Position numbers and translations under genes: made by a program
Shown: positions 1-8,327 of the stretch, one piece after another
Layout of the letters: each line of letters starts with the position of its first letter
Position numbering within the stretch: the first letter of the stretch is position 1
The notes under the pieces: generated by a model
What the model was told of the DNA's origin: nothing
The model's input: only the letters and a program-made list of their open reading frames with translations
Database searches by the model: none
Source: Patescibacteria group bacterium
Lineage (GTDB): Bacteria; Patescibacteriota; Minisyncoccia; Phycocordibacterales; CAIRYW01
Direction: 5' to 3'
DNA: 64,000 nucleotides
NCBI GenBank assembly: GCA_040389185.1
Contig: JAZKAJ010000005.1
Span: 19,887-83,886, forward strand

Positions 1-316
1 TTGGCCAAACCTGAATAAGCATCTCCCCTTCGATATATTCATAACAATACATTTGTGGTGAATCAGATTTGAAAATGACTTTTGGTATTGATACTCCGAG
101 ATTGTTGTCATACAAAAATTCAATGATTTTCGCCTCTTTCATCAAATCATTTTCCGGTTCGAATTCTTTTATATCTCGTTCTTGTTTTACGATATATTTT
201 CCTCCATCTGAGGTTTCAATATAGTAGGCATTATTAACAGAGCCCTTTCCTTTGAGGGTGAGTGACGTGATTTCTTTGTTGAGGAGGTGAGAGATTTGGG
301 AGTGGAGAGGATTCAT
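1..316 (-). CDS. Aminoglycoside phosphotransferase/choline kinase-like protein, N-terminal part (runs off the window edge)
   Basis: Manual translation MNPLHSQISHLLNKEITSLTLKGKGSVNNAYYIETSDGGKYIVK...EAKIIEFL...IPKV...YEYIEG gives the Gly-rich loop, catalytic Lys and helix-C Glu pattern of APH-family kinases; absent from the ORF track because it is truncated. Confidence 0.7.
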   Translation of the reverse strand, partial: MNPLHSQISHLLNKEITSLTLKGKGSVNNAYYIETSDGGKYIVKQERDIKEFEPENDLMKEAKIIEFLYDNNLGVSIPKVIFKSDSPQMYCYEYIEGEMLIQVWP

Positions 317-338
317 TGGGATTTATAATCTTTTATAT

Positions 339-1091
339 TTACTTTAATAAGTTAAATAACTGTTCATGAATCTTGGGATTCCCCCCTATAAACATTCTAT
401 CTTCATGATTTATTTCTTGATTATTAAAATTTGTAAAAATTCCCCCTGCTTCTTGAATGATAAAGCCTCCAGCAAACTCAGGAAAACTATCTTTTGTAAA
501 AGAAATAATACCATCCACTCTTCCGCAAGCTACCCAACAATAATTAATAGCAAAAGAAAAATTCTGTCTTATAACCTCAAAATTCCTTATCAGTTCTTCC
601 ACTTTAGTTATTTTTTCGCCACCCTTCCAAGCCTGTGATTGAAGAAAAATTAATTTATTTTGATTAGTTCCAACATTAATCTTCTCACTATTCAAGAAAG
701 CACCTCTGCCTTCATAAGCGGTAAACATTTCCTTTTCTGACGGATCGTAAACAGCAGAAAACACTGTTTTACTATCAACAATGTGAGCAACAACTATTCC
801 GTAATGTTTTTGTCCATTAATAAATGTGTGTGTACCACTGATTGGATCAATCACCCAAATATGCTTACTTTTTTTAAACATATCATTTTCCTCTTCAGCA
901 TAAACACAATGATCATTACCAAAAGTTACAATAATTTCCTTTAGACCTCTCTCAATCAACAGATCCTCCTCGGTTAAATCTTTTTTAGTTATACCAATAT
1001 CAGCTATATTTCCAGCTCGTTTTACGAGTCTTTCACCAGAAACTGTCATAAAGTCGAGTATTTTTTGATAATCAGGTTCTTTTGAATTCAT
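339..1091 (-). CDS. Inositol monophosphatase family protein with variant motifs
   Basis: TxxD, AEE, WVIDPISGT and VACGRVDG motifs of the IMPase/SuhB family. Confidence 0.85.
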   Translation of the reverse strand: MNSKEPDYQKILDFMTVSGERLVKRAGNIADIGITKKDLTEEDLLIERGLKEIIVTFGNDHCVYAEEENDMFKKSKHIWVIDPISGTHTFINGQKHYGIVVAHIVDSKTVFSAVYDPSEKEMFTAYEGRGAFLNSEKINVGTNQNKLIFLQSQAWKGGEKITKVEELIRNFEVIRQNFSFAINYCWVACGRVDGIISFTKDSFPEFAGGFIIQEAGGIFTNFNNQEINHEDRMFIGGNPKIHEQLFNLLK

Positions 1092-1168
1092 ATATTAAAT
1101 GATATCACAAATACAGAGGTTCAAATATTTTTTATAAATGAAGAAGCTCGAAACTTATAGTTTCAGTA

Positions 1169-1260
1169 TTCGATTCTCCGGCACAAGTCCCCCCAGACTT
1201 GCTTGGGGTCACAATATGAAAAAACAGCCCGAATATTCTGGCTGTTTTTTCATATTGTGA
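1169..1260. repeat. Inverted copy of the tRNA-Glu 3' end with an inserted hairpin, followed by a 21-bp-stem hairpin (terminator-like)
   Basis: TTCGATTCTCCG + 23-nt insert + TGGGGTCA matches tRNA-Glu nt 54-73; then TCACAATATGAAAAAACAGCC-10nt-GGCTGTTTTTTCATATTGTGA. Confidence 0.85.
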
Positions 1261-1358
1261 GCCTTCTCGTAATAGAGCCTTTCAGTTCATTGCCCAGTAA
1301 GACTTATTCGATTGTTTTTATACTATCATAATGGACCTTCTCATGCGTTATTTTTCAA

Positions 1359-1745
1359 TTATTCAATTTGATATGTAGAATATCCATCTTCTGAGAGTTT
1401 GTGTCTTTCGTCTCCATTCAATGCTGGAAAAAATACACACATCAAAACCAAATCTTCTTCATCACTTGCCGATAATTCATGTTCATCGTTTTCGGGTATA
1501 TAAAGTGTATCAGGTACGATTTCATAAGACTCGCCTTTTGATCTCACCGACCCTTTTCCCGATATACAATAACAAGCTTCTACATGATTCAAATACTGAA
1601 GTTTTGAAGTAGTTCCTTTATTCACAATTGTCTTAGTAACACTAAAAGGTAAGTTATCAGACTTTGTTAAAAATCTAGATGACTTTCCATTACCCCAATT
1701 AACAACCTTATCTTCAGGTAAATTTTTTAAATGTTTGATTATCAT
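1359..1745 (-). CDS. ectC: Solitary ectoine synthase-like cupin
   Basis: WGNGxSxR, YxNHxEACYCIxGxG, LYxxxxxDEHxL and CVFxPxLxGxExH are EctC-family signatures; no ectA/ectB nearby. Confidence 0.8.
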   Translation of the reverse strand: MIIKHLKNLPEDKVVNWGNGKSSRFLTKSDNLPFSVTKTIVNKGTTSKLQYLNHVEACYCISGKGSVRSKGESYEIVPDTLYIPENDEHELSASDEEDLVLMCVFFPALNGDERHKLSEDGYSTYQIE

Positions 1746-1748
1746 AAA

Positions 1749-1886
1749 TTATTGAATTAATTCTTTAATATCCATATGAGTTATTTTTAACTCTTTTAGG
1801 ATACCACAAAAACCTTTTCCTTTTAGGGTGAAGTTAGTTATTTGTTTGTTGAGGAGGTGAGAGATTTGGGAGTGGAGAGGGTTCAT
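1749..1886 (-). pseudogene. Truncated paralogous 5' fragment of the APH-like kinase gene (45 codons)
   Basis: 1813-1886 is a diverged direct repeat of 243-316 (MNPLHSQISHLLNKQITNFTLKGKG), then unrelated sequence and a stop. Confidence 0.75.
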
Positions 1887-1927
1887 AGATTTAATATCAC
1901 AACGACCCTTCTCGTGTGTAAGTAAAT

Positions 1928-2590
1928 TTAATATCTACAAGCTTTAATAAAATCAATACCCATTGGTGTAAGCTCTATAAAATCATAGGTTCTTAACACT
2001 AAAGGATAATTTCCAATTGTAGTGCCACCTTTAGAGGAGGGTGTTTGACACAATCCCAATCTAAATAAATTACCCACCAGAATATCATATTCATCACCAG
2101 AAACGCCAGCAAACTTAATAACTTTTTCTTTAATTATCCCAGTTTTATCTTGTTCATCCTTTGGTTTATCTTTAACTTGGTCATAAAAGGTGTCCAATAT
2201 TTTAATTTCAAGTGGTGATAATTGCTTGAGTATATCTGGATAACCGGGCCTAATAATCGAGTTTGAATTCGGATCTGCTGCGTTTGCTAGCATTGCAGAC
2301 CAACGGTCTTTCATACCCTCATCTTCTTCAAGGGAACCGTTTTCAATTATAGGTAGTAATGTTTTCGGTAAAACCTTATTAGGAGTAATTCCTTTATTTT
2401 CTAAAAAGGATTTTGCTTTTAAAACTAGATTTATTTGATTTTTGAATCTCCAAAATTTTACTGTATCAGAAAGCATTCCACCACCTTCTTCAAGCGCAGG
2501 ATTAACCAACTGTCCTAAAAACTTCTCAGCAATTTTTGCTGATTCTTTTATTGCTGTAGTGATTGGATCTTGTGGTGTTAAATCAGACAT
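1928..2590 (-). CDS. Abi-alpha (DUF4393) family protein
   Basis: PKxLLPIIENGSLEEDEGMKDRWSAMLANAA, YPDILKQLSPLE, NLFRLGL and LTxxGxxFIKAC resemble Abi-alpha. Confidence 0.75.
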   Translation of the reverse strand: MSDLTPQDPITTAIKESAKIAEKFLGQLVNPALEEGGGMLSDTVKFWRFKNQINLVLKAKSFLENKGITPNKVLPKTLLPIIENGSLEEDEGMKDRWSAMLANAADPNSNSIIRPGYPDILKQLSPLEIKILDTFYDQVKDKPKDEQDKTGIIKEKVIKFAGVSGDEYDILVGNLFRLGLCQTPSSKGGTTIGNYPLVLRTYDFIELTPMGIDFIKACRY

Positions 2591-2673
2591 AAGTTACTCG
2601 CACTAGTTCTAAATCATGGTCACGAGTTACTAAGTATAATTTTTCGCTTCGCTCAAATTCTACTAAGTACTCT

Positions 2674-2761
2674 CGACCCCGTCTCGTTTGTCGCAAAGCG
2701 ACAAAACTGCGACCGTCATCCTCGCTCGCTCACAAAGCAGTTTGTGTGCTTTTTGCTCGTA
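2674..2761 (-). repeat. Hairpin-rich small element directly downstream of tRNA-Glu, ending in a duplicate of the acceptor sequence GGGGTC
   Basis: Hairpins TTGTCGC-AAA-GCGACAA and CACAAA-GCAG-TTTGTG; shares GGTCGCAG..CGAGAC with the insert at 35850-35900. Confidence 0.6.
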
Positions 2762-2833
2762 TGACCCCACGGAGAATCGAACTCCGATTTAAGCATTGAG
2801 AACGCTTCGTCCTAACCGTTAGACGATGGGGCC
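2762..2833 (-). tRNA. tRNA-Glu(CTC), CCA not encoded
   Basis: GGCCCCA/TGGGGTC acceptor, AAGCG-TTCTCAA-TGCTT anticodon arm, CGGAG-TTCGATT-CTCCG T arm. Confidence 0.97.
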
Positions 2834-2933
2834 GCCAATTAACTCAAATACAATAACATTTTTTTACACGAAATCAAAGATTTATTGACAATATATAATA
2901 CAAATAGTATAAATTAATTCTTATTGTACACCC

Positions 2934-3167
2934 ATGAAAATCTTCACATCCGAGGCGCGAGCCCAAATCGTCAAGTTCTACGCTGAGCACCAAAAGGGAT
3001 GGATTGTCCTCAATCATCATGACGAATTCGTCACAAAAGAGTCCCCCCATCAACCTCTGAGTGACATAGAGGTGCTCCACGCAGCCCTCGAAGCCACAGG
3101 CAAAGTTAATTATACTGAATGCAGTCCTGACGCTGCCTTGGCAATGATTTTTGGCCCCGCGGTCTAG
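2934..3167 (+). CDS. Hypothetical protein (ORFan)
   Basis: 77-aa ORF behind a TTGACA..TATAAA promoter-like sequence and followed by a hairpin plus T run (3192-3224). Confidence 0.6.
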   Translation: MKIFTSEARAQIVKFYAEHQKGWIVLNHHDEFVTKESPHQPLSDIEVLHAALEATGKVNYTECSPDAALAMIFGPAV

Positions 3168-3298
3168 GAGTAAAATCCTGATTTCACTTAACCCCCGAAT
3201 TGCTTTGCAATGTGGGGATTTTTTATTAAAAATCAAAAGTAAATTGGGCATTGATTTTGATTGCCATAAAGAGAGAAATAGGTATAATTCCTCCAGCC

Positions 3299-3658
3299 AT
3301 GGAAACACAATTATCAGAAGCTCTTTCGCAATGTCCGGGCGTCACAAACACCCGAATTCTCAAGACACCACCAACACCAGCACCAAACTTGGAGAGCGTG
3401 TTGAATGAAACAATTGCATTCAACTATGTTTATCCGGCATGTGAGATTCCTGCCGTTATCCACGGATGCATGCGTGCTTTAGGGTTTTGTCCACGTCAAC
3501 AACAACCAGTCTCTTTTCAGACCAGCGGCCCTGGGATTGAGGCACTTTATGCAGGAATCTTCGAAAACGATCATTTTGCATACAGGATTGCCATCTCATG
3601 GCTCGAGAAAGATGACAGACTTGCTGTCCTCCATTTGACTCAGTTGATTGAGGAATGA
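3299..3658 (+). CDS. Hypothetical protein (ORFan)
   Basis: ATG at 3299 follows TTGCCA-17nt-TATAAT; hairpin terminator at 3658-3684. Confidence 0.65.
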   Translation: METQLSEALSQCPGVTNTRILKTPPTPAPNLESVLNETIAFNYVYPACEIPAVIHGCMRALGFCPRQQQPVSFQTSGPGIEALYAGIFENDHFAYRIAISWLEKDDRLAVLHLTQLIEE

Positions 3659-3755
3659 AATACCGTTTAACAACGGTATTTTTTATTTGGAAAAAAAACA
3701 TATTTCATTAAATTAATTCTACAAGTAGCATTAAATCTGATATCCTTATATCCCC

Positions 3756-4034
3756 ATGAGACTTAAGCAACTACAAAAAATCATAAAAGAAATTCTTAGA
3801 AATTTGAAGACTGAACTCTTTACTCGAAAATTATTTACCGATGGAATAAAAAAATTCTTTAAAAAGATAGCTGGGGTAATTCTGATATTTTTTGGTCTTT
3901 TTGGCGCACTAATTCCTATTCCACTCGTGCCTTTTTTCTTACTTTCAATTGCAGGATTAAAACTAGTCGGGATCAAAAAAGACGAGCTCGACAAAATTAA
4001 AGGTGATATTCAAATACTTGTAAAGAAAAAATAA
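3756..4034 (+). CDS. Small membrane protein
   Basis: Hydrophobic hairpin IAGVILIFFGLFGALIPIPLVPFFLLSIAGL. Confidence 0.65.
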   Translation: MRLKQLQKIIKEILRNLKTELFTRKLFTDGIKKFFKKIAGVILIFFGLFGALIPIPLVPFFLLSIAGLKLVGIKKDELDKIKGDIQILVKKK

Positions 4035-4096
4035 AAAAACTGCTAACACCTGGGGCATTAGCAGCGACAAAGGAAAGAGCGAAATCTCAACTCAAA

Positions 4097-4411
4097 TTAA
4101 GGAGCATCCTCAATGACGGCGAATCCGTGCTGGCGAAGATGATCTACCAAATATAAGACACTCCATCCCAAGATCCGAATCTCCGAAAAATACAGACCAG
4201 GGAATGTATCATCCCGCATTTCCAGCTCTGGAGCCTCCATCAGTCCCCCGTCCTTAAACCGGTCCCAACGCTTGAGAGATTGATAGATGAGGCAGTGAAG
4301 AGCAGGTGCGGCCGCTGCTGGCTGAATATAAAGCTGAAGGATACTGCCTTTCCCTTCATAAGGGAGATACCGTGCCAACACTGGACTACCGTTTACTTGA
4401 AGTTTGTTCAT
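4097..4411 (-). CDS. Hypothetical protein (ORFan)
   Basis: Probable start MNKLQV, downstream of TTGACA-N16-TATAAT on the minus strand. Confidence 0.55.
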   Translation of the reverse strand: MNKLQVNGSPVLARYLPYEGKGSILQLYIQPAAAAPALHCLIYQSLKRWDRFKDGGLMEAPELEMRDDTFPGLYFSEIRILGWSVLYLVDHLRQHGFAVIEDAP

Positions 4412-4476
4412 AAGAGAGAGTTTTGTTTGTGCAATCCAAAAAATTATACATTTAAATCTATGACTGTCAATCATAA

Positions 4477-4518
4477 ACCCGTATGGAGAAGCTAATTAAT
4501 TAGCCTCTCCATACGGGT
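4477..4518. terminator. Near-perfect 42-bp palindrome, probable terminator
   Basis: ACCCGTATGGAGAAGCTAATT/AATTAGCCTCTCCATACGGGT. Confidence 0.6.
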
Positions 4519-4534
4519 GACAATCCATCGTCAT

Positions 4535-4690
4535 TTATTCTTCTGGTTCTCCAGGATTCTCCTCAATCCCCCTCACTTCATCGACAGACATCTCTCGTCC
4601 GCATCTGTTACATTTCAAAAATTCGGGATCATCTAATATCATTATTGATCCACACTCATCACAAATGACATCTTGAAGTATATTGTTCAT
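4535..4690 (-). CDS. 51-aa zinc-ribbon microprotein
   Basis: MNNILQDVICDECGSIMILDDPEFLKCNRCGREMSVDEVRGIEENPGEPEE, with two CxxC motifs; below the ORF-track cutoff. Confidence 0.6.
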   Translation of the reverse strand: MNNILQDVICDECGSIMILDDPEFLKCNRCGREMSVDEVRGIEENPGEPEE

Positions 4691-4707
4691 ATTTTTAACT
4701 CCTACGA

Positions 4708-6018
4708 TTATAAGGACGAAGGGAAATATAAGTTATGACAAAAGCGTCGCACCTGTCTCACAAGTAGTTTCTCCTTTTGTTTTGGATCGAGCATTATTCT
4801 CTCTACCACTTTCTCAAGTCTCATTCCTTGAGATCCTTTTACATACACAATGTCACCTGCAGATATTTTATCTTTCATTGCCTCCCCTGTATCGATTGAA
4901 TTTTCAAATACAAAAATATTTTCTTCTTTGAATTTATTTTCAAGAAGGGCACCTTTCATTTCTTTGGCTCTGATTCCAACAAGTCCCACGATATCAAATA
5001 TCTCCGCTGCGAGAAGTCCTAGCCTATGATGTTCATCCTGAGAAAGCTTGCCGAGCTCAAGCATATCGCCTACAATCGCGATCTTCTTGCTAGTACAATT
5101 CAATCCTTTTATTGCATTAAATCCTTCTTCCATCGCTACGGGAGATGCGTTATAGGTATCATCGATAATGACTGAATCATTAATTCCAGAAATTATATTC
5201 ATTCGCCCTCGAGGAAATTCATATGAATCGAAAGACTCAACAGCTTTGAGAGGGCTGAGACCCAATGCATTTATAACTGCAAATGATGCGAGTACTGGAT
5301 AGACAAACTGATTACCATAAATATCTTCAAGTGAGACCGGGATACTTGATCCCAGAATATCAACTTTGAAGGCAATGCCTTTCACCTTTTCATTTTTGTA
5401 AATCGGTTGAATGAAGCTTGCTTTAACATCTGCCTTATCTTTGATGCTAAATGTGAGCACTTTTGCGCTTGTGAATTCTTTGAATCCCATTACATCGCTA
5501 TCATCTGCATTCAAGATGAGAGTCCCCTCGGGCTTTAGACCTCGAGCGAGATATGACTTTTCTTTGATGACTTCGGCTACTGATCGATAGTATTCAACGT
5601 GTACCGGTACACTTCCAATACGAGTAATAACTGAAATATCGGGATGAATCCATTTCATTACTTCCTCTATCTCTCCTGGATGATCTGCTCCAATCTCAAG
5701 CACAAGCCATTCTGGGTACTTTGATTTTGATACAACAAGCCAAAACGCATCGTACATATTTTTAAACCAAAGCTTATGATCACTCCAGGCATTTGGGAGT
5801 CCAAGAATTGTAAGAGGGATTCCGATATCACTATTGAAACTTTTGGCACTTTTTCGAACAAAGAAAAAAGGAGAGAGTGCGGTATATATTGCATCCTTTG
5901 TCGAAGTTTTACCTACACTTCCTGTCACCGCCACAATCTTTGGCTTGTACTTTTTGAGAACAAGTTTTGCCTCGATGGTAAGAATCTTAATGACGATTTT
6001 CTTTAATATGTTTTTCAT
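4708..6018 (-). CDS. murF: UDP-MurNAc-tripeptide:D-Ala-D-Ala ligase (aberrant last ~15 residues)
   Basis: VTGSVGKTSTK, DDTYNASP, GDMLELG and KGSQGMRLE; follows ftsI. Confidence 0.92.
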   Translation of the reverse strand: MKNILKKIVIKILTIEAKLVLKKYKPKIVAVTGSVGKTSTKDAIYTALSPFFFVRKSAKSFNSDIGIPLTILGLPNAWSDHKLWFKNMYDAFWLVVSKSKYPEWLVLEIGADHPGEIEEVMKWIHPDISVITRIGSVPVHVEYYRSVAEVIKEKSYLARGLKPEGTLILNADDSDVMGFKEFTSAKVLTFSIKDKADVKASFIQPIYKNEKVKGIAFKVDILGSSIPVSLEDIYGNQFVYPVLASFAVINALGLSPLKAVESFDSYEFPRGRMNIISGINDSVIIDDTYNASPVAMEEGFNAIKGLNCTSKKIAIVGDMLELGKLSQDEHHRLGLLAAEIFDIVGLVGIRAKEMKGALLENKFKEENIFVFENSIDTGEAMKDKISAGDIVYVKGSQGMRLEKVVERIMLDPKQKEKLLVRQVRRFCHNLYFPSSL

Positions 6019-6092
6019 TTGGTTTTGTATTTACTTGACTACTTGGAACTTGTTACTTGAATACTTCCAGACAGATAATTTTGTCCTCAAAA

Positions 6093-7802
6093 TTATCTGT
6101 CTGGTGATAATTCATAATAGCTTATAAGAAATTTCGAGAGATCAAAGAATGGTAACGCGAGTGTATCTGCCGCAAAAAGATTGTCAGTTCTTGGATTATA
6201 AGTGTAAAGAAAGACAATAAACTTCGGATCATAAGCTGGGAAATATCCAAAGAATGAGTGAAGGTATTTGTCACTGTAGTACCCTCCATTTGGACTTGGT
6301 ACCTGAGCTGTTCCTGTCTTTGCTGCGATTGTGTAGTGATCGTTCTTGCCCTTACCTTGAATGAGAGCTGTGTCTACCACCTCTACAAGCATCTTTGTAA
6401 CCGCCTTGCTTGTCTCCTCTTTGATTGCTCGAGGGCCTGTTGTAATATCGGTGTTTTTAAAGAATCCTCCTTTGTAATTCACCTTCTTGATAATATGAGG
6501 AGTTACTAGAGTACCACCATTGGCTATTACTGACAACGCACGGATAGTTGAGATTGCCGTGAGGGCAATTCCTTGGCCGAATGATGCTGTATAGTACTCA
6601 ACATCTCGCGGACTATCGAGGTTGCTTACAATATTTGCAGCTTCGTTTGGAAGATCAATCCCCGTCTTTTCTTTGAGACCAAACTTGCCCATATAGTCTG
6701 AAAATTGTTTATTACCGAGCTTGCTTACGACATACGACACACCCACATTCAAAGAGTCATTCAAGACCTGTTGCATTGATGTAATACCATGGGCTTTTTT
6801 GTCGTGATTCCAGATCGTCATTGTGTTTGCTTTGACATATCCAATGTCGTTGTAGGTTGATGTGGGAGTGATCACACCGGCATCAATCCCGGCAGCAATC
6901 GTAAGTGGTTTTATGATCGATCCCATTTCTCGCACATTATCAACAAGCGGATTACCAAATACCGATACATCCTTTTCTCCGCTAAAATCATTTGGATCAA
7001 ATGTTGGAACATCTGCCATCGCATAGATCTCACCTGTCTTTGGGTTCATAATGATACCACCAGTTTCTACCGAACTATACTGCGTCTGCACTTTAGCCAA
7101 AGTGTCTTCAAGTGTTGCCTGAACAGATGGCTCGATCGTCGCCACAATATCTCCTTCGAATGAATCATCCTTTGAAACAGTCTTTTGCCAGTTACGAAAT
7201 ATTTCTACGAAAAAGTTGGCATATACATCGTCTTTGTTTCGCTCGAGAACCTTGTCGTAGAACTTTTCGAGTCCATAACGTCCCGCATATTCATCACCTT
7301 TGAAGCCCAAAAATCCTAGTACGTTTGCTGCAGTTTTGCCTCCCGGGTAAAATCTCCACTGTTCTTTGTAGAGATAAACTCCTGGAATTTTCAAATTTTG
7401 GATCGCTATCGCTTTGTCTTCTGGAATTTTTTTTGTAATCTCTTCGTATGGGTCAGTTGATTTTGAAGCCTTTGCCAAAAAATCTTCAGAATCGATATCG
7501 GTGATACTTGAGATCTTTTCCAAAACCTGTTCCTTGTCTTTGAGAATTGTTGGATTGATTGCGAGAATATATCCAATTTTCAAAGTTCCTGCAGACACAA
7601 GTCCACCATCTTTATCTTCAAAGAAAATGGTGCCACGAGAAAATATTCCACCACTTTTTTTGACATATTGGTTGTCAGCAATCTCCACAAAGTCATCATG
7701 GTGTAAGACCTGGAGAAAATAGAGCTTTATAAAAAAAATAAATGCTACCAACACTATACATATTGATAGCACTCTTAGTCTTTTTATACTGTCTTTGTTC
7801 AT
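6093..7802 (-). CDS. ftsI: Class B penicillin-binding protein FtsI
   Basis: N-terminal TM, RGTIF, RFYP, GxxGLE, GSIIK (SxxK), SLN and KTGTAQ; mraZ-rsmH-ftsL context. Confidence 0.9.
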   Translation of the reverse strand: MNKDSIKRLRVLSICIVLVAFIFFIKLYFLQVLHHDDFVEIADNQYVKKSGGIFSRGTIFFEDKDGGLVSAGTLKIGYILAINPTILKDKEQVLEKISSITDIDSEDFLAKASKSTDPYEEITKKIPEDKAIAIQNLKIPGVYLYKEQWRFYPGGKTAANVLGFLGFKGDEYAGRYGLEKFYDKVLERNKDDVYANFFVEIFRNWQKTVSKDDSFEGDIVATIEPSVQATLEDTLAKVQTQYSSVETGGIIMNPKTGEIYAMADVPTFDPNDFSGEKDVSVFGNPLVDNVREMGSIIKPLTIAAGIDAGVITPTSTYNDIGYVKANTMTIWNHDKKAHGITSMQQVLNDSLNVGVSYVVSKLGNKQFSDYMGKFGLKEKTGIDLPNEAANIVSNLDSPRDVEYYTASFGQGIALTAISTIRALSVIANGGTLVTPHIIKKVNYKGGFFKNTDITTGPRAIKEETSKAVTKMLVEVVDTALIQGKGKNDHYTIAAKTGTAQVPSPNGGYYSDKYLHSFFGYFPAYDPKFIVFLYTYNPRTDNLFAADTLALPFFDLSKFLISYYELSPDR

Positions 7803-7990
7803 CCTGTTCGAAATAGGAAGCGCTTATCGCCTCCCAGTATATTATTTAATAATTATAAATCGTTACTTTCTAGCTTATCTTGTGCTGAAACTAAGCACTT
7901 CCGTAGTATATGTGAATGTAAACAGTTTATCATTGTTTTTGCTTTATTTTAATATGTTAGCTTCGAATAACTGTGGGATTTCGAACGGGA
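7802..7990. mobile_element. MITE-like element, copy 1 (189 bp), in the ftsI start codon
   Basis: Terminal inverted repeats TCCTGTTCGAAAT/ATTTCGAACGGGA; flanks TTCA and TTAA; internal blocks shared with 18470-18663. Confidence 0.75.
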
Positions 7991-8305
7991 TTAAATTCTG
8001 TCTTTGCTTACGAATGCAGTCTGGCTGAGCCCTGCCTTTGCAACGATCACATTGTCTGCATCGACGAATCCGAGTGATCGAGCAAGTTCTGGATTAATTT
8101 TGGCTTTAATATTTAGGTATGAAAATTCCATTTCACTAAGCTTGCTTGTGACCTCACTAATTTCCTTTTCTCCTCTCTGTCTTTCGAGTGTGTTGTAGAC
8201 AGTGCTTCCAACAAGTCCAATATATGTAAATACAAGTACGCCAAGAATTCCGCCGAGGGCCCAGATCTGCTTTTGATATTTGAATTGTGTTGGCATCTTT
8301 GTCAT
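7991..8305 (-). CDS. ftsL: FtsL-like cell division protein
   Basis: Single TM, coiled coil, ARSLGF motif; lies between rsmH and ftsI. Confidence 0.7.
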   Translation of the reverse strand: MTKMPTQFKYQKQIWALGGILGVLVFTYIGLVGSTVYNTLERQRGEKEISEVTSKLSEMEFSYLNIKAKINPELARSLGFVDADNVIVAKAGLSQTAFVSKDRI

Positions 8306-8327
8306 ATGAAATGTACTTTTTTAATTA

